Shown one piece after another: positions 9,273-15,622 of a stretch of 15,622 nucleotides of DNA (its first letter is position 1; each line of letters starts with the position of its first letter). The notes under the pieces are model-generated. The model did not search any database, had not been told where the DNA came from, and was given only the letters and a program-made list of their open reading frames with translations. Position numbers and translations under genes: made by a program. The stretch comes from Paraspadella gotoi (Eukaryota; Animalia; Chaetognatha), in NCBI GenBank assembly GCA_051294375.1, contig CM119267.1, positions 89,666 to 105,287 on the forward strand, read 5' to 3'.

Positions 9273-11887
9273 TAGCGGTCCTTCAGATGATGCTGGCGAG
9301 TTGCGGTCGACCCTTTTTTGGTGGTCCAGCTACCATTGCAAGTGGAATCTGAATCAGGATCTTGAGAGAAATATAAATCCTCTTCTGAAAAAGATGTCGG
9401 TAATTCTTCAGTGATGTTACAGAGAGTTACAGACCCAGCTATTATATTATAGCTTAAAAGCTATTTGTCCTGTATATAAATATTGCTCTGTTAGTCTAGT
9501 TCTTACAGTAAATAACTTTATCACTGATACATCTTTTATTTATTTTATATCTCTTTATCCATAAAATTTTAATGTTACAAAATACCCATGAAAACGGATT
9601 GATTTCTTGATTTTTAATGGCACATTTTTATTTTTTTACTTCTTTAACACATAAATCTTTTCTGAGTCATGACATTGTTCAGTTTATTCTTAGCAGTTCA
9701 ATTAGTATATATGTGAGTGAGATTGGGAACGTTTGTAGTTGAATGAAAAATTGTACTTGTAGCACTATCATTGTTAAGACTCTTCTTATAGGCTCGACGT
9801 GCAAGCTAATGTTGAAATCATAATCCTTCTTTATGCCATTGGGTTAAACCATTCTCATTTTGTCTTAGAATTTTATTATTTAATATTATTTTGAGGAAAG
9901 CAAAATAAAAAAAAAATTAGTTAACAGGATTGCATCTTTTAAATTATTATATTGCTAAGTTATATAAAGCATTTCGTTTGATGATCAATTAAATGGCTAT
10001 CTCCTATCTGCCTCCTCTGCGTCGATGTGAAGCACGGAGCACAGTAATAGGAACTCGGATACGGAGAAATGGAGTTCACGTCATCGTTGTCGACTCGATC
10101 TGCAAGATTGGATGTCGACATTTGCAACCTTCCCCTCATCGTGGTTCCAAAAAGAAACGAAAAATGACGGATAAAGACCGCTATGAAAATATGAGTACGA
10201 GCCTAAGCCGACGCAATTTCGTTTGGAACAATTCATTGGAAGTGTCCAGAGGACGTTGATTCTCGCTAAATTCTCAGAGTTCCGTTTGCGATTGCAAAAA
10301 GATCAAATACATCAACATCGCGAGGATGTATGGTTTTGTTATAACACTCTAGAGGCCCCGCCCTTTGTTGGGATTTGGTTTCCTTGAGTCCTTTTTCGGC
10401 GTCTTGGGATCCCCTTCCCTCAAATACCTCCATCATTTTGTCAAACCAACTACATTCTCGATAAAATATTTTCCATCGTAATCATCTTGCGGATTCCGAT
10501 GAGAACAAATCCTTAGTTAAGCCTCCTCAAATTTGCTAAGCAGCGCTGGATGCACTCGTCAGTTTGCAGACGGCGCTCATGCTTTTGGAACGCATCGGGT
10601 TGCGCTTGGCAACTTCTACAAGCCATTTCTAATCCAAACAAATACTATTGTCCTTCTCTAAACTCTATTGGTTCACGCTATGACCAATCCGCCATTGACG
10701 ATCAGGAGAAGAGCAAATATTGGCGACTAAAGAAAAATTGTGACGCCAGACTCAACGTCATACAACTTATTCAGACGCCCAGCCCCCCCCCCCAACTACT
10801 TTCCTCCTGCTCTCTCTGCCAATCTCCACCTTGTCCAGTCCCACCTCTTTTCCTCATGTCGATATCCACCCCCCCCTTATTCTCGTGAAACTTCCTTGAA
10901 CAGCTCAGCTCCTTGGCTCTATTACAAACAACAAAGATCACTTTAAAAACATTTGCGTCAATTGTGTCAATTTCTAAACAGAAAATGTAAGCGTAATCAC
11001 GCTACGGCAAGTGATTTCATATCAATCTCAACGCCAACATCGCAACGATTTGTTTGTTCATTTTCTCGATGGCGGCTTCGACGTGGTCGCCTTCATGCGT
11101 TGTGCAACTTCAGTTTTTCTGTGTTCCCACCTTTATTCTTTTGGACTTTTTGCGTCAACCATGGGACGCGATGCGCAAACTTTATCGCAGAGACTCATCC
11201 TTCCTCACTCTCATCTCTGATTAAGCTTGTGGTGGAAAGAGGGATGTATGGCGACACTAGCATTTTGAGCCCAAAATGTTAAATCCCCTTTAATGTCCTC
11301 CTCCACAGTCTCGTTCCAGACTGCGGAGAGGGCACCATCATAAGTGAGAGGAGTGACATTTTCGATCTCACGCTTTCTCATGTCCCTCTAAGAATATTGG
11401 CGCCAAAGAAACTAATTTTCTCACATTTCGTGTCGAACGGGCATCTTCCATTATCTCCAGTCTTCACTCGCCGAGTATGGATGACCAAATATTCACAAAA
11501 TTAGCATAAACTCTGTATCACTTTCAAGTAAATGGATCCAAGAGTCTTCAATTGTCAACTTCACTAGTCTCCTTACAATGTTCTCAACGCCGCGGACACA
11601 TGCATATCTCGCGCCTTGTTCCGACGGTCGATTCATTGGCGAATTCATTACCAAGGGAAAATTCTGCTATCGTGCCCTCCACTTCAGCGGGGAAGTCTTC
11701 CTTCACTGAGCGTTTCGTCATTGAGCGATGTTTGTGTCGCTTGTGCAGAGATCTGCACTGGAATGCAGAGATCTGGACCGGTGTTTTTGATTCGTTCCAC
11801 GCTTATTGAGAGAAAAAGAAGACGCGAAGACTCCTCTGAAAGGTCCCCAATTCAAAACGACACTGAGCGGGACGCTCAGATTTTTAT

Positions 11888-11898
11888 AAAGGGGAAAG
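11888..11898 (+). promoter_or_regulatory. Polypurine tract
   Basis: AAAGGGGAAAG, 4 nt before the 3' LTR. Confidence 0.8.
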
Positions 11899-11902
11899 TA
11901 TC

Positions 11903-12288
11903 TGTTGGACATAACTCTCGTCGTGGTCCGTCGACCTTATTTACCTTTGTAAATAGTCTTTTAAAATATAAACAATCGATATTGTTTACAAACAATACAG
12001 TTCATTGTTATTTCAATGCTTTGATTAATCATGATCTATTTCATACAGATCGCATTAATGTTATTGGCCATCGTCGGGGTTTTTTTATATTATAGTTATT
12101 GGTTTATGCGTTTCATGTTATTTTGAATAGTGGCTAGCCGAGCTTACCTGAGAGATCATTGCTGTTTCTATTCATTAACCGATGCTTACCTTTTGCTTAC
12201 CTCCAGTTCTTGATTTCTAAAGATCATTAAATCCTACGATATAGATACTCTCAGAGGGTGAGCGACCAACGGAAAACCCCGCTCATCA
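11903..12288 (+). repeat. 3' LTR
   Basis: TGTTGGACATAA...CCCCGCTCATCA, followed by the TTAG TSD. Confidence 0.95.
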
Positions 12289-12341
12289 TTAGGAATAAAG
12301 AACAGAAATGAGGCGCTTTGCGAAAAGAGAGCCCTCTTAAC

Positions 12342-12579
12342 CTTCGATCCGAAAGTCCAGTATCCATAAGAGGCAGCGACCGAGTAAGCGACGGCGCAAA
12401 CTATATTGGCGACCGCAACAATTTTGGAGAATTCCCAGTCGTTTTCGCTCCGAACAAGAGTAAATCGGTACCGCGGCCAGTGCAACTGTAAGCGAGAAGA
12501 TGGTCGGTGCAACCAGAAACGAATCAGTCCATGTGTCTGGGAAGTTTTTGATGACGCCGGCGTGGGAGGCGTAGTCGCC
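12342..12579 (-). CDS. SLC38A7: SLC38A7-like exon 3, indel-disrupted as assembled
   Basis: CCCCTCCCAAG acceptor. Reads GDYASHAGVIKNFPDTWTDSFLVAPTIF / QLHW / AAVPIYSC / EFSKIVAVANIVCAVAYSVAASYGYWTFGSK across frames, with the PTI..Q.H...VP and GY.TFG motifs. Probable donor GTTAAG at 12341. Confidence 0.8.
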
Positions 12580-12869
12580 CTTGGGAGGGGACAAAGAGGG
12601 GAGAGGGAGAAGGGGGAAAGGAGAGTGTGGGAGGAGGTGTGAGGAGGAGAAAGAGGGGGGAGAGGGAGAAGGGAAGAAAGAGGAAGTATGGGAGGTATGG
12701 GTGAGAAGCAGTGGGAAGGGGGAGAGAGAAAATTAATTATTGAATATAATTTTGCCATTAAACGCTAAATAAAATTTAAAAACTCTATAACTAAAGAGAG
12801 AGGGAGAGTGAGAGAGAGAGAAGAGAGAGGAGAGGACAGAGAGAGGAGATGAGATATCCAAAAAATTAC

Positions 12870-13189
12870 CTTGAGTACAAATAGACCAACAAGAATCGAT
12901 GTCGCGTTGGCGGCACGCCAGCGGCCGAGGCGTACTTGTGAGAAAATCCACTCTTTGGGAAAACAAAAGGGGAAGGATAATTATCCAAAGCCGACGCCAG
13001 GATCGTGAAGCTGCGATCGTAGTAGAAAAAGCCGACAAAACGTGGGTCGTAGTCAAGAGAGAAAGAATTTGTCCCAAAGGTCGCCGACGACGATGAGAAC
13101 GACGACGCAACTGCCGAAGCAATACGCGAGTAATGGCGACGAGAGCAGAGCGTCCGCTGCGGTTCGCCGAGTGTGTCGGGACAAACGTC
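12870..13189 (-). CDS. SLC38A7: SLC38A7-like exon 2, indel-disrupted as assembled
   Basis: CCAG acceptor then GAC GTT (DV). Reads AYCFGSCVVVLIVVGDLWDKFF, YYDRSFTILASAL, IIILPL and KYASAAGV across frames (compare SNAT7 YTFGTC..IIIGD, DRKFTI, KYAS). GTAATT donor at 12869. Confidence 0.82.
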
Positions 13190-13226
13190 CTGGTTGTGGT
13201 TGGAGGATGTGTAGGGATGGGGGGAG

Positions 13227-13949
13227 AAGGTTATAGAGGAGAGTGTTCGATCATTAAGTTATAGGATGGAGAGTGTTCGATCATTAAAGGTTTATGGAGA
13301 GTGTGATCATTAAGTATGATGGGTGTTCGATCATCTAGAGTTATAGATGGGGAGTGTTCGATATAAGGTTATAGTATGGGAGAGTGTCATCATTAAGGTT
13401 ATAGATGGAGAGTGTACATTCATTAAGGTTTATAGATGGGAGAGTGTACGATCATTAAGGTTATAGATGGGAGAGTGTTCGATCATTAGGTTATAGATGG
13501 AGAGTTACGATCATTAAGGTTATAGATGGGAGAGTGTTGATCATTAAGGTTATAGATGGGAGAGTTGTTTGATCCATTAAGGTTATAGATGGGAGAGTGT
13601 TCGATCATAAGGTTATAGATGGAGAGTGTTTGATCATTAAGGTTATAGATGGAGAGTGTTCGATCATTAAGGTTATAGATGAGAGAGTGTTCGATCTTTA
13701 AGGTTATAGATGGAGAGTGTATGTCATTAAGGTTATAGATGGGAGAGTGTATGTTCATTAAGGTTATAGATGGGAGAGTGTTCGATCTTTAAGGTTATAG
13801 ATGGGAGAGTGTACGATCATTAAGGTTATAGATGGAGAGTGTACGATTATTAAGGTTATAGATGGGAGAGTGTTCGATCATTAAGGTTATAGATGAAAGA
13901 GTGTTTGATCATTAAGGTTGTAGATGGGAGAGTGTTCGATCATTAAGGT
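13227..13949 (-). repeat. 31-bp minisatellite, about 23 copies, 3' part of SLC38A7-like intron 1
   Basis: Plus-strand unit AAGGTTATAGATGGGAGAGTGTTCGATCATT. Copies get noisier toward 13227. Confidence 0.96.
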
Positions 13950-14050
13950 CTTCATTTGGATATAATGTTATCTACAAAATATTTGTTTGTAGATCCATGC
14001 TGTTTTCATCTAGAAACAATATTCTAAAAATCTTGTCAGCTTATTGTTAA

Positions 14051-15150
14051 CACAAACCTGATAAGTATCCGATCCACAAACCTGATAAGTATCCGATCCA
14101 CAAACCTGAAAAGTATCCGATCCACAAACCTGATAAGTATCCGATCCACAAACCTGATAAGTAAACGATCCACAAACCTTTTAAGTATCCGATCCACAAA
14201 CCTTTTAAGTATCCGATCCACAAAACCTGATAAGTATCCAATCCACAAACCTGATAAGTATCCGATCCGCAAAACCTGATAAGTATCCGATCCACAAACC
14301 TGAAAAGTATCCGATCCACAAACCTGATAAGTATCCGATCCACAAACCTGATAAGTAAACGATCACACAACCTTTTAAGTATCCGATCCACAAACCTTTT
14401 AAGTATCCGATCCACAACCTGATAAGTATCCGATCCGCAAACCTGATAAGTATCCGATCCACAAACCTGATAAGTATCCGATCCACAAACCTGATAAGTA
14501 TCCGATCCACAAACCTTTTAAGTATCCGATCCACAAACCTTTTAAGTATCCGATCCACAAACCTGATAAGTATCCGATCCGCAAACCTGATAAGTATCCG
14601 ATCCACAAACCTGAAAAGTATCCGATCCACAAACCTGATAAGTATCCGATCCACAAACCTGATAAGTAAACGATCCACAAACCTTTTAAGTATCCGATCC
14701 ACAAACCTTTTAAGTATCCGATCCAACAAACCTGATAAGTATCCGATCCGCAAACCTGATAAGTATCCGATCCACAAACCTGATAAGTATCCGATCCACA
14801 AACCTGATAAGTATCCGATCCACAAACCTTTTAAGTATCCGATCCACAAACCTGATAAGTATCCGATCACAAAACCTGAAAAGTATCCGATCCAAAACCT
14901 GATAAGTATCCGATCCACAAACCTGATAAGTAAACGATCCACAAACCTGATAAGTATCCGATCCACAAACCTTTAAGTATCCGATCCACAAACCTGATAA
15001 GTATCCGATCCACAAACCTGTTTAGTATTCCGATCCACAAACCTGATAAGTATCCGATCCACAAACCTGATAAGTATCCGATCCACAAACCTGATAAGTA
15101 TCCGATCCACAAACCTGAAAAGTATCCGATCCACAAACCTGATAAGTATC
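14051..15150 (-). repeat. 24-bp minisatellite, about 46 copies, 5' part of SLC38A7-like intron 1
   Basis: Plus-strand unit AAACCTGATAAGTATCCGATCCAC. Gene-sense unit TGTGGATCGGATACTTATCAGGTT. Confidence 0.97.
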
Positions 15151-15175
15151 NNNNNNNNNNNNNNNNNNNNNNNNN
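15151..15175. other. Assembly gap (25 N)
   Basis: N run. A second gap of 10 N lies at 2824-2833. Confidence 0.99.
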
Positions 15176-15622
15176 GATCGAACACTCTCCCATCTACAAC
15201 CTTAATGATCAAACACTCTTTCATCTATAACCTTAATGATGAAACACTCTCCCATCTATAACCTTAATGATCGTACACTCTCCCATCTATAACCTTCATG
15301 TTTGTGGATCGGATACTTAAAAGGTTTGTGGATCGGATACTTAAAAGGTTTGTGGATCGTTTACTTATCAGGTTTGTGGATCGGATACTTATCAGGTTTG
15401 TGGATCGGATACTTTTCAGGTTTGTGGATCGGATACTTATCAGGTTTGTGGATCGGATACTTATCAGGTTTGTGTTAACAATAAGCTGACAAGATTTTTA
15501 GAATATTGTTTCTAGATGAAAACAGCATGGATCTACAAACAAATATTTTGTAGATAACATTATATCCAAATGAAGACCTTAATGATCGAACACTCTCCCA
15601 TCTACAACCTTAATGATCAAAC
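15176..15622 (+). repeat. Second, plus-oriented copy of intron-1 sequence: 31-bp x4, 24-bp x7, unique spacer, 31-bp units
   Basis: 15301-15622 is the reverse complement of ~13902-14223, including the unique ~100-bp spacer at 13950-14050. Confidence 0.92.

Larger units (their letters stand above)
6008..12288 (+). mobile_element. LTR retrotransposon, Ty3/gypsy-like, apparently non-autonomous
   Basis: Two 386-bp direct repeats with TG...CA ends. TTAG on both sides (6004-6007, 12289-12292). PBS, PPT and a gag-like ORF are present. Confidence 0.93.

Noticed and set aside
12342-13189. Calling the minus-strand exons a separate pseudogene
   Set aside because: They complete exon 1 exactly once the block is flipped, and the indel pattern also affects the LTRs and arrays, which points to sequencing error.
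13227-15480. Arrays as a CRISPR locus
   Set aside because: Units are head-to-tail with no unique spacers, there are no cas genes, and the context is a eukaryotic intron.
14036-15489. Long ORFs of FVDRILIR / LWIGYLSG repeats as standalone proteins
   Set aside because: These are by-products of a 24-bp period. The only frame tied to a gene is CGSDTYQV.

Overview
Eukaryotic, animal-like draft-assembly DNA with GC-rich exons, AT-rich GT-AG introns and N gaps. It holds (1) a complete six-exon UNC-93-like MFS transporter gene (+, 464-3652, one probable consensus frameshift near the end) and (2) an SLC38A7-like amino-acid transporter. Exon 1 of the SLC38A7-like gene is on + (4983-5345), while exons 2-3 and intron 1 lie on - inside an indel-rich block (5346-15150). 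Reverse-complementing that block repairs exon 1 to the base, so it is most likely a mis-oriented long-read gap fill. The block contains a 6.28-kb LTR retrotransposon (two 386-bp LTRs, TTAG TSD, tRNA-Gly-like PBS, PPT, gag and pol remnants, no recognisable RT, unexplained antisense coding-like sequence) and a ~500-bp foldback. The most striking pattern is that minisatellites sit on gene punctuation marks. A 24-bp array of about 46 copies is an in-frame tandem amplification of the exon-1 end plus its splice donor (TGT GGA TCG GAT ACT TAT CAG|GTT). AG-free 38-bp and 31-bp arrays abut two splice acceptors, and a ~22-bp repeat copies the UNC93 stop codon. Family assignments come from manual translation and remembered motifs, not database searches.
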